This document shows, one piece after another, positions 10,501 through 19,500 of a stretch of DNA of 64,000 nucleotides. The notes beneath the pieces are model-generated. The model searched no databases and had not been told where the DNA came from. It saw nothing but the letters and a program-made list of their open reading frames with translations. The translations under genes and the position numbers were made by a program. The number at the start of each line of letters is the position of its first letter. The first letter of the stretch is position 1. The DNA comes from an uncultured virus (IMG/VR IMGVR_UViG_3300030103_005513) (lineage: Duplodnaviria; Heunggongvirae; Uroviricota; Caudoviricetes): the IMG/VR virus record IMGVR_UViG_3300030103_005513, positions 1-64,000 of that record, one strand, 5' to 3'.

Positions 10501-12179
10501 TCCTCATCAGTTTGGTCAGCAGTAGCATTTGATTCAATGCCATTAAGTTTTGTGTGATCTGCATCGGTGAACACGTTGCTATCACTCGCATCTTCAACTA
10601 AAGTTCTTATTTCAGCAGCAGTTTGATCAGCTGTTGCACTCGCCTCTATGCCTGAAAGTTTTGATGCAAGAGCATCGGTAAATGCATTAGTATCTGATTC
10701 CGCTTCGTATAATGACTTGATCTCAGCACCTGTCTGGTCTGCTGTTGCTGCTGCTTCAATACCATCAAGTTTTGAATGGTCTGCATTGGTGAAATTCTGA
10801 TCTGTCTGTGATGCTACAGAAAAGTCTATCGTACCATCAGCGTCTTGGTATGTTACTGTGATGCCTGATTCAGTATTACCTGTGAGCATGGCACCCACAA
10901 TATCTTGAATCTCCTCATCTGACTGATCTGCTGTAGCACCTGCCTCAACCCCGTCAAGTTTTGAGTGGTCTGCATCGGTGAACACATTACTGTCAGATGC
11001 ACTTTCAACTAATGTTCTTATTTCAGCAGCAGTTTGATCGGCTGTCGCAGCAGACTCAATCCCGTCAAGTTTTGTTCCGTCAGCAGCAACATCACGACCA
11101 TCTATAGTACTATCACAAGTTATTGCACCGTTGACAGCAAGACCTGTGCCATTTAGTAATTGGAAACTATCACTCCTGAATCTTCCAGTGATTGTCTGTG
11201 ATCCACCCTTGATGTGTGCGAATTCTATGGCACCGTCTTCAGAACCATCACTTGCATCTAATATCTTACCAGATATCTTAGCATAATTTCTCTCTGTGCT
11301 ATTATCACTCTCTCCAGCAAATTTTATTTGTCCCAAATAGTCTGCGTCTGCAGGTGATGCACTGTTCCTGAATAATTTGAACTCAGGTCCTGCAGCAGAG
11401 TCAGCAGTGGTGTCTGTTATAGTAATATCACCCGTGCCAGTTATATCACCCGTAACGTCGATACCTGCTGTAAAGTCATGATTACCAGTAGAAGTGATCG
11501 GACCATTGCTTGCCACTGCGACTGACGCTGATCCATTCTCTATAGTGGTGCTATCAATGGCAGTAGTGGACGTATTTGTTATCTGACCTTGAGCGTTTAT
11601 TGTAAGAATAGGTATAGCAGTTGATGATCCAACTGTACCTGCTGACACACCTGTGTTTGCTAACTTAGCACTCGCAATAGACCCTGCCAATTGTGCATTG
11701 GTTATAGTACCAACCAGTGATGATGTGGGGTAATCTGTTGCATCACTCAAGTTGAATGCTGGTGTATTGTTTGTACCACCTAACGACAGTGATACACCAC
11801 CAAATGACACAGTGCTATTCGCCAGTTTTGAGTTTGCAATTGAACCAGCAAGTTTATCATTTGATATTGACCCTGCTAGTTGTGCATTGGTTATGGTACC
11901 ACTCAGACTACTGGTAGGATAATTTGTTGCATCACTCAAATCAAACGCTGGAGTGGCATCTGCTGCTCCAAGTGCTACTGATATACCACCTAATGATATT
12001 GTGCTGTTTGCTAAATTGCTATTTGCTATCGCTGTGGATAGCACTGTTGTCCCATCTACTGTAATATTTCCATGTATTCTTACGTCAGACGCAAAGGTCG
12101 AGACACCAACAAATGTCGATATTCCACTGATGGTCTGAGTTAGTCCACCAACTTTGGATAAAACTCTTCCTCTTGACAT
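7506..12179 (-). CDS. Long tail fibre-like protein with modular repeats
   Basis: 1557 aa, T/S/G/A/D-rich; repeated KLDGIExGATADQ and GSGSGLDADTLDG; C-terminal YDLGTNSVRW..EEGENDLF domain. Confidence 0.8.
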   Translation of the reverse strand: MSRGRVLSKVGGLTQTISGISTFVGVSTFASDVRIHGNITVDGTTVLSTAIANSNLANSTISLGGISVALGAADATPAFDLSDATNYPTSSLSGTITNAQLAGSISNDKLAGSIANSKLANSTVSFGGVSLSLGGTNNTPAFNLSDATDYPTSSLVGTITNAQLAGSIASAKLANTGVSAGTVGSSTAIPILTINAQGQITNTSTTAIDSTTIENGSASVAVASNGPITSTGNHDFTAGIDVTGDITGTGDITITDTTADSAAGPEFKLFRNSASPADADYLGQIKFAGESDNSTERNYAKISGKILDASDGSEDGAIEFAHIKGGSQTITGRFRSDSFQLLNGTGLAVNGAITCDSTIDGRDVAADGTKLDGIESAATADQTAAEIRTLVESASDSNVFTDADHSKLDGVEAGATADQSDEEIQDIVGAMLTGNTESGITVTYQDADGTIDFSVASQTDQNFTNADHSKLDGIEAAATADQTGAEIKSLYEAESDTNAFTDALASKLSGIEASATADQTAAEIRTLVEDASDSNVFTDADHTKLNGIESNATADQTDEEIQDIVGAMLTGNTESGITVTYQDADGTIDFSVASQTDENFTTADHSKLDGIEAGATADQSDTEIKTAYENNSDTNAFTDALLSKLNGIESGATADQTSEEIQDIVGAMLSSNTESGITVTYQDADGTIDFAVASQTDENFTTADHSKLDGIEAGATADQTASEILTLIKTVDGSGSGLDADTLDGISSASFLRSDTSDTFTGTLTVSGAASVDNLSLDGNTVTTSSGNLTIDSAGGTTTVADNLAVSGNLTVNGTTTTVNATTVNIADKNIQVATGAADDAAADGGGITIDSGDGDKTFQFEATGDNFGSSENMNLADGKVYKIDNTSVLSATTLGSSVTGSSLTSLGTISTGVWQGTAIGNAYLANSTMSVGGVTLTLGGTDATPAFNLSDATNYPTSSLSGTITNAQLAGSIASSKLANTGVSAASYGSASAIPIITVNAQGQITALSTASVDIDATQITEGNTSMSVDDSGTGSIIASIDGTTTATIAAGGIVLGQGAFIGNLTGNASGSSGSCTGNAATATALANARTIAGVSFDGTANISLNNNAITNGAGYITSSGTSAACSGNSATATIATNSTITANNSTDETVYPVFVDGATGTQGLESDTGLSYNPSSNTLTTTTFVGALTGNVTGNVSGSSGSTTGNAATATKLANARTIAGVSFDGSANISLNNNAITNGAGYVTANTQLSDEQVQDIVGAMVSSNTESGITVTYQDGDGTIDFAVASQTDNNFTNADHSKLDGIESGATADQTASEIRALVESASDSNVFTDDDHSKLDGIASGATNVTNTNQLTNGAGFITATLTTEQVQDIVGGMVSSNTESGITVTYQDGDGTLDFSVASQTDNNFTNSDHSKLDGIESGATADQTASEILTLIKTVDGSGSGLDADTLDGVSSGSFLRSDTADGMTATLTARQINPEADSTYDLGTNSVRWRAGYFDDVYCGDIRMSNEHRGGNSIDGSWGSYQIEEGENDLFITNKRSGKKFRFVMEQV
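7790..8420 (-). repeat. Intragenic modular repeat block 2 of the fibre gene (approximate ends)
   Basis: Same hinge and QDIVGxM..NTESGITVTYQD modules as block 1. Confidence 0.8.
9930..11080 (-). repeat. Intragenic modular repeat block 1 of the fibre gene (approximate ends)
   Basis: Eight KLxG(I/V)ExxATADQ hinges alternating with four spacer types; near-identical DNA copies. Confidence 0.85.
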
Positions 12180-12208
12180 AACGGGTATTTAGAAATCCTA
12201 ATCTTTTA

Positions 12209-12216
12209 TATTTATA
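12209..12216 (-). promoter_or_regulatory. T4-type late promoter
   Basis: TATAAATA upstream of the 12179 start; a second CTAAATA lies at 12186-12192. Confidence 0.65.
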
Positions 12217-14116
12217 CTTCAGTTAGACTGATTTTGTATTTCTTACCTGATATATTGTTCAACATGTAAATATCCTCTTCACCCTCTTGCAATGTCCAAC
12301 TACCAGATGTGCCATCTACTTCATTTACTCTCTTACCTACATTAGAGAAGTGCATGTCAGCACAATAAAAGTCGGAAGCATATATTTCATTTAGTGCAAC
12401 AGTGCTTGAACCTATGCTTCTAAGACCATTTACATCTGGTATCATGTTACCTTTCAAGGTAATATTAGTGACTGTGATATCAGGATCGCCTGTCAGTCCT
12501 GTACAAGATCCATTGAACGCTGATGCTGTCAGTGTATTCGATGACGGGTTGTATTTTAGACTACTATCACTTCTCAATCTCTCACCACTTCCACCTGCTG
12601 TATCAACGAATGTTATAAAATGATCAGCAGCAGTGGTGTCAGTTGCTGTAATATCTATGAGTGATGTTACCACATCAGTCAGTGCCGAACCATCTAAAGC
12701 AGGTAGAGCACCTGACAAATTACTAGATGCAAGTGTACCACTCAATGATGTTGCAGATAATGCACCTGTTGCAGCATTGAATGTCAAAGCGGTGCTTGAT
12801 TTTGCTGCTTGCTCACCCGTCGCAGTGCCTACAAATAATATATTGGTTGTGGTGTCGGTGGTGTCTGCTGACACAGTGACCAATGTAGACGCACCAGTGA
12901 CAGTTCCTGTAAGGTTACCAGTGACATTACCTGTTACATTTCCAGTGACATTACCTGTCAAGTCACCAGTAAATACACCTGCGATTGCTCCTGTGCCTGT
13001 AATAGTGGGCGAAGTTAGACTCTTATTGGTGAGTGTCTGTGTACCAGTGTCAGAAACGAGAGTGGCATCATCATTACCAATAGTTGAACCGCCAGGTAAA
13101 GTAAGTTTATTAGTTGCACCTACACTATGATCTGCAGCAGTTATAATCTGTCCATGAGAGTTCACATGGCAATTAAGTTGTATTTGCCCTTCTATTGATG
13201 AACCGTCACCTTTGACCTCAAGTATTTGGGTGGCAGGGTCAACCTCTACATTACCAGACGAAGAACTTATATTACCTGTCAAATTACCTGTCACATTTCC
13301 TGTCACATCACCAGTGACATCACCAGTCAAGTCACCTTCTACATTTCCTGTGATATTTCCTGTCAAATTACCTGTGATATTACCCGTGACATTACCAGTC
13401 AAGTTACCATCAAACACAGGTGCAGATGCAATACCACTGACACTCAAATGCTCAAGATAAAAAGGTGAATCAGGAGCTAGTGATCCTATGCCAGAGGAAA
13501 CTGAACTAATTGTAAGACCTACACCAAGTCTTATCACGTTGATCTCATCAACTAATTCAAAACCCTGTGCATCCTCAAACTTTATACTGCTATCAGCGAT
13601 AGAGAATATTGATGCTATACCTGATGTATTATCTCCTACAGGCACCGCCATAAATGAAAGACCAGCACCTACTCGGATAGTTGTGATACCAGTGTTTCTA
13701 GTAAAATCGTTTGCGTCTTCAAAGTCTAATTGGTTTTTTTGTATATGTACGGTGGAGACACCAATTTGAATCGTACCACCTATACCTGTATTTTCTTTCG
13801 CTTCTGTTACAAATACACCATTGCCTGTAAAGTTTACTCTAGTCGTTGAGCCAGCAAAACCAACAGGAGTTATACCCTGATCTTGTATTGTGATACCAAA
13901 CGCTGAACCACCACCTGTACCTGAAGGTGGTGCTGCCCAGAATCTTTCTCCGTTTGTATTAGCATATAATATAAACTCATTATTAATTGGCAAACCTAGA
14001 TTAGGTTCTGCCTCTTCCAGACCAAGAAAGGACGGGAATCCATTAGTTTGATTTCTAAATGTAGATAAACCAGCATAACTGGTTACACCCACTCTGCCTG
14101 AAAGTAGTCTTCCCAT
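12212..14116 (-). CDS. Tail fibre-like protein
   Basis: GNVT/GNLT/GDVT tetrapeptide runs, TQTLTNKSL motif, C-terminal GSWTLQEGEEDIY domain shared with the 1557-aa fibre. Confidence 0.75.
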   Translation of the reverse strand: MGRLLSGRVGVTSYAGLSTFRNQTNGFPSFLGLEEAEPNLGLPINNEFILYANTNGERFWAAPPSGTGGGSAFGITIQDQGITPVGFAGSTTRVNFTGNGVFVTEAKENTGIGGTIQIGVSTVHIQKNQLDFEDANDFTRNTGITTIRVGAGLSFMAVPVGDNTSGIASIFSIADSSIKFEDAQGFELVDEINVIRLGVGLTISSVSSGIGSLAPDSPFYLEHLSVSGIASAPVFDGNLTGNVTGNITGNLTGNITGNVEGDLTGDVTGDVTGNVTGNLTGNISSSSGNVEVDPATQILEVKGDGSSIEGQIQLNCHVNSHGQIITAADHSVGATNKLTLPGGSTIGNDDATLVSDTGTQTLTNKSLTSPTITGTGAIAGVFTGDLTGNVTGNVTGNVTGNLTGTVTGASTLVTVSADTTDTTTNILFVGTATGEQAAKSSTALTFNAATGALSATSLSGTLASSNLSGALPALDGSALTDVVTSLIDITATDTTAADHFITFVDTAGGSGERLRSDSSLKYNPSSNTLTASAFNGSCTGLTGDPDITVTNITLKGNMIPDVNGLRSIGSSTVALNEIYASDFYCADMHFSNVGKRVNEVDGTSGSWTLQEGEEDIYMLNNISGKKYKISLTEV

Positions 14117-14117
14117 T

Positions 14118-14456
14118 TTACTTAGCGTTCTCCAGTATGCTGACTATGCATTTTTGTGTGTTCAAGAAATCACCTTGAATCTTGAGCACGTCACCTGTTT
14201 CTAATACTAATCTACCATCTAAGAATGACATAGCATCCTGATGGGGTATACGTCCTAGTTCTATGATAGGGGTGTCAACTGAATCTCTACTGTGATATAC
14301 ACTGAATGATGTCACAGATGAACTCGTACCTACGTTTGCTACATTGCCATATATGACTAGCGATGAGACACCTGGTGGGCATGTGTATATACCAACCTTT
14401 GCTGTGGTAAGGGTGTGAGTTACAGTCTTGAATTTATTTAATGGTATCGCAGCCAT
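14118..14456 (-). CDS. Small virion-associated hypothetical protein
   Basis: 112-aa ORF with IYTCP..LVLETGDVL pattern, between fibre genes. Confidence 0.6.
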   Translation of the reverse strand: MAAIPLNKFKTVTHTLTTAKVGIYTCPPGVSSLVIYGNVANVGTSSSVTSFSVYHSRDSVDTPIIELGRIPHQDAMSFLDGRLVLETGDVLKIQGDFLNTQKCIVSILENAK

Positions 14457-16496
14457 TTATAGATTACCTCCGAGAGCGATAATAAGTGGAGTGAGTTGTG
14501 CTTGGATGCTCTTTTGGAAAGCATCACCTGTGATATCACCTGTCTGTTGATTGATGGTGAAGTTGTCACCTACCTTCAGGTTACCTCTCTCATCCGTGGA
14601 TGTGTAGACAACCTTTCCACCTTGCTCTGAAATCGCTTGGTTTGCAGGTATAGCAACACCTCCTTTGCTAGGACGTGCTGTATTAATATCTATTCCTGAA
14701 CCTACATGTTCAAAAGTATATGATGAAGCAAGGATCAATGACTGTCTGGCGAATGGGACAGTCGAACCAACACCGACTGCGTTTGGTAACGTCTGGTCGA
14801 TGGTGATTGTAGAGACACCAGCTGTAACAGGTGTCGCACTATTTATAGTATAATAGACGGGCGACATCTCAACAGTTGCCTCTGCTGTCGTTCCTGAAGT
14901 TGGGGCAGCGATTGTCACCGTGGGTGCTCCACGATATTGTGATCCAGATGAACTTACTTCTATTGCAGTTATACTACCAAAACCATTTACAACAGCGACA
15001 CCTTCAGCACCTCTACCACCTGGACCTGTAGGTGATGCTATTGTAACAACAGGAGGTTGTGCACTTGTATACCCTGTACCTGCATTGGTTATAGTAAAAC
15101 TTCTTACTTCATTGAATAATTCACCAAGATAGAATGCCTGACCTGTGAATGGTCTGCTGGTCAAACTACCAACTGTGATGGTATTGTCCTCTACAATACC
15201 TTCAACCGCCACCGCACCTGTTTGATTTACCGTACCAACACCTGAAGCAACCAATCCTCTAGTTCCAAATGAGGCGTTGGAGTTGTTGACATCACACTGT
15301 GCACCTGACACAGCAGTGATACCTGTAACATTACATATAGTGAATAGTGATACTAATTGTGCATACGCATTGTTGCTTATGGTAACACCTATACCACCTT
15401 GGTTATACTGTGTGTATGAATCAACGTTCATTGACTTCAAACCTTCAGCATGTGAACCATCAACCTTGAGACCCTGACTATTTGGTATGAAGTTTGTACA
15501 GTTTCTTATGTACGGTGATTGTGTGATGATACCTGCTGACCCGTCAGGTGGGAAAGCAATGATAGCACCTGTGTTTGCAGCACCTACAAATGATAAGTTC
15601 TGGAACAGTGTGCCATTTTTGGCATGGAATAGATCCACACCAGTATTTGATGGCGTAACTTGTGTCTGTCTTAGATCATCACCATCTATCGTGACATTGT
15701 TTGGTACGACAACTGGATTGTTCTCTGTATATAAACCTGCAGAAACTCTTATAGTATTACCTGAAGTTGCTATCGCTACCGCACCACCAATAGTTCTCTT
15801 CGCAGTTTTGAGTGTGAATCCATCATTGCCATCATTTCCATCCTGATTGACATGAAGTATATTAGTGACACTAGCACCTGCACCCACCCATAACAACTCA
15901 CCAGATTCACCTGCTGCTAGAATACTTTTAGCAACACCAACTGCACCTGATGAGTCAAGGAATGTACCACCTATCTGTACGAATCCATTAGAACTATCAC
16001 CAGGTGCTCTTGCAACTTGTAGAAGATACTCAGGTAATGTGGTTCCAATACCTACCCGTTTGTTTGTTGGGTCGAAAACAAAGTTGTCAGCACCTTGGAA
16101 TTTACCATCCGATGCTTTCTTAAATTGTATTGAATTATTAGCGTCAGATGCAAGTGTATGAATTTCTGCTTGTGTAGACCATGAGACACCTGTGCCACCA
16201 CCTGTTGATATTATTACCTGCCCGTTAGTCCCTGCTCCCTCTGCATTATCTTTGATTGCACCACCAAATAAAGCGTCTCCCCTTACATCTAACTCATTTG
16301 CAGGTTGTGTGCTACCTATACCTACTTGACCTGCTGCTACTATGCCATCAAAATTAGCAGTTGTTGCTACATCAAGACCAAATTTGGCATCAGTTTTACC
16401 AATACCAGTTTTATTCGTTTGAGCATCAACAACCAGAGCGTCATCACCGACCTCCAGTCCTTTCTCGACAGCAAACTTCTTATTTACTGATGCCAT
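14457..16496 (-). CDS. Virion structural protein with a pectin-lyase-like beta-helix region
   Basis: LKTAKRTIGGA..IRVSAGLYTE..GDDLRQT, QSPYIRNCT, RVGIGTT repeats; paralogous to 16528-22203. Confidence 0.65.
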   Translation of the reverse strand: MASVNKKFAVEKGLEVGDDALVVDAQTNKTGIGKTDAKFGLDVATTANFDGIVAAGQVGIGSTQPANELDVRGDALFGGAIKDNAEGAGTNGQVIISTGGGTGVSWSTQAEIHTLASDANNSIQFKKASDGKFQGADNFVFDPTNKRVGIGTTLPEYLLQVARAPGDSSNGFVQIGGTFLDSSGAVGVAKSILAAGESGELLWVGAGASVTNILHVNQDGNDGNDGFTLKTAKRTIGGAVAIATSGNTIRVSAGLYTENNPVVVPNNVTIDGDDLRQTQVTPSNTGVDLFHAKNGTLFQNLSFVGAANTGAIIAFPPDGSAGIITQSPYIRNCTNFIPNSQGLKVDGSHAEGLKSMNVDSYTQYNQGGIGVTISNNAYAQLVSLFTICNVTGITAVSGAQCDVNNSNASFGTRGLVASGVGTVNQTGAVAVEGIVEDNTITVGSLTSRPFTGQAFYLGELFNEVRSFTITNAGTGYTSAQPPVVTIASPTGPGGRGAEGVAVVNGFGSITAIEVSSSGSQYRGAPTVTIAAPTSGTTAEATVEMSPVYYTINSATPVTAGVSTITIDQTLPNAVGVGSTVPFARQSLILASSYTFEHVGSGIDINTARPSKGGVAIPANQAISEQGGKVVYTSTDERGNLKVGDNFTINQQTGDITGDAFQKSIQAQLTPLIIALGGNL

Positions 16497-16527
16497 TTAC
16501 CAGTGCACTCCTAAGTATTTGTATTTA

Positions 16528-19500
16528 TCAACTGATACGCATGATATAAGCGATTGCATAATATGGAGGAAGGTTCGCATCAGTGACGCTTGATGAACCT
16601 GCAGGTGCTGCAGCAGTCAATGATAGACTACCACTTTGACCTATTTGATCACCTGATGTTGAACCAGGTGTAGAATTATTTGCTGCGAAGTCTTGAACAC
16701 CAGTGTTATCTAATATGTAACCACCAGATGCATCAGCAGTAACTGCACCTGTCTGCTGAGTTGAGTGTCTAACAGGGTGACCATGACTTCCACCAGTTGC
16801 GGTGTGAGTGTGTGTTGGTACGATAGCGTCTTTACTACCACCTGTGTCACCAGCTGCATATGCACTTCCTCTACCAACTATGAACTTATCAATGAGGTTT
16901 GGCGTTCCATTCGTACCATTACATAGTTGCCAATTAGATGGTATATTACCATCAGTGCCTGACCACATTATGATACCACCTATGGGTATTGTTCCGTTAC
17001 CCACAAAGTCACCTGCAGTACAGGTTCCTGTGATGTTGGCATCATCAGTTGATGTAAGTTGCTCTGCCTGAACCGTTGCACTCGCTGTCACATTTGCAGC
17101 AGTGACATCACCAGTGACCTGTGCGTTTGCAGTTGCAATTAGGTTTACACCTTGAACATCTCCACCTGCCTCAATTCTATCACCAGCAATAATATCATCT
17201 GTAGAATGAAGATGCTCCGCAGTAGTTATACCAACAACGGTCAAGTTTCTGTTTATAGTAGCATCCACGCCAACTGTGGCATTTACATCAACTGAAAGGG
17301 TGTTAGCTGTCAGTGTTGCACCAGCAAAAGTAAGTGCGGAATTATCTTGTAATTCACCATTTGCACCTATAGTAACAACACGTCCTATGGTAAGATCATC
17401 TACCTTAAGACTTCCTACACTGGCATTTCCAGTGACACTCATGACTTCACCAGTGTCAGCATAGGTTTGACCTATCGCTACTCTGTCAAATACATAGTGC
17501 TCACTACCATTCTCAGTAGACACAGGTCCAAAACGTTGCCACTTCTCTGTACCTGTCTCATTTGTTTGAACCCAACCAACATATCCACCTCTGTTTACAC
17601 TGGTGGCAAATAAAACATTATCACCAGTCTGTGATGATGGAGGTTCTGTCTCTTGAACACCAACAAACACCTGCTTACCAATAGCACCCGTGCGATTACC
17701 TCTGAGTTTGAGGTCGATAACATCAGTATTTGCATTACTATAGAAGTTCTGATTGACAGTGAGGTTGTCAAATGATGCTACAGATGGAAGTTGTGCTGTT
17801 GGAGCTGACACTGAGGTGGTATCAAATTCATCAATGGTTGACACTTCCTCACCAGTAAGAGCATCAATCTTCTTACGTCCGATAAAGAATTCACCCTTGT
17901 CATTCATAGCGGTATAGACCACCAATCCACCACGTGTTTGTTCTGACTGTGCTAGTATCTGCTCATCATTATCAAGAACTCTATCTTGAACCTGTGGCAT
18001 CGCAGTTGAGTAGTTACCAGGTCCAAAACCAACATATTCAAAGGTATGACCTGACGCTCTTATCAATGAGTTTCTTCTTGTTTCTACAGGTATAACCTTG
18101 ATTTTGACTGCTGCTACATTCTTAGCATGTGATGTGGCATTAGTACCAAGAGCACCTCTAAGAATTTTTGTTCTATTTTTATCAGTGATTCTGACGATTT
18201 CATCTTCAATCTGTAGATAATCACCTCTCTTGAGCATACTTCTGTCTGCCAAGTTTATTGAAGCAGATGTAGCAGTAACAGCACTATTCAACTCAGTGGT
18301 GAATCCACCGTAAATAGGCATGGTTTGATTGAATCCTTTTGCACTTATACCAGATCCATGTGCTATAGCAGCAGCACCTGAGAATGCAGGTTGTGATGCT
18401 GTTCTTCCTATGTTGACTGTAAGTGAGGAACCATATCCTATCCTATCAGTGATCGTATGTGTGCCATTGTAGACAGAGTTTGCACCACTGATTATGATTT
18501 CATCTCCTCTGCGAAGACCTATATCAGAGTGTAAAGTAACGGTTGCAATACCACTTAGTCTATCATGAAGTATATTTGTGACCTGAGTAGATACACCGAC
18601 ATGATATATAAATCCACCAGATTCTGAGAAATCATTGTCTGCAGATCCTCCATACTTAATTTGTTTCGAGTCATCTATGTTTGTGATCTTGTGAACACCA
18701 TTATATGAATCACTTCCAACTCCAATGACCTGTATTATATCACCCTTCGCATTGTTTATTGTACCTACAGTAAGAGCACAGTCTGTAGTAGATCCTGATG
18801 GTCTAAAAGGCACTCCCTGTATCTGAAGTATATCTCCAACTTCATATGCTGAACCATAATTGTTTATGTCTACACTGGTTATGGTTCCACTTGCACCCAC
18901 AGTGACATCGACAGTAGCACCTTTACCATTTCCTCCTTTTAGCGGTATATTGAAGTAAAACTCAGCATCACCACTACTTGTACCATATCCTACACCACCT
19001 GTATTATTACTAAATCCTGTGATACCATTGAGTCCATGATCCACTCCAGTGTCTATAGTGATTTGTCCAGTGTCATGCCCACCACCTGTCACACCAATAC
19101 CTAAGTTAGATTCTTGTATGAAACTGTGAACTAACTCCTTAGTAATACTATTTTTAGGATCATTTGTGATAACCTGCCCAATTTTTTCTCTCAACGCATG
19201 AGATACTGCTGCATCAGGATCAAAGTTTATATTATCTACATCAGTCTTTGGTCTAAGATTATTGATATTCTGAGCAAAGAAGTTTACAGTGGTAGAGAAA
19301 GGACTTACATTAGGTTGTGATATGTAACCTAAGACTGTTAGGTCATATATTCCATCCTGTACATCTTTCTTAAACTCTTGTACTACTTCATTATTGAATA
19401 CTTGATAAGTCTTATTGAACTCTCTCTTTGTAAAGAATGGTGCAAAAGTTCTACCTGAACCAACAACAGACTGATCATGTCTTGTGTATGGCACATTAGC

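Noticed and set aside
7790..11080. Repeats as a CRISPR array or diversity-generating retroelement
   Set aside because: Repeats are in-frame coding modules; no unique spacers, no adenine-specific variation noticed, and no reverse transcriptase in the window
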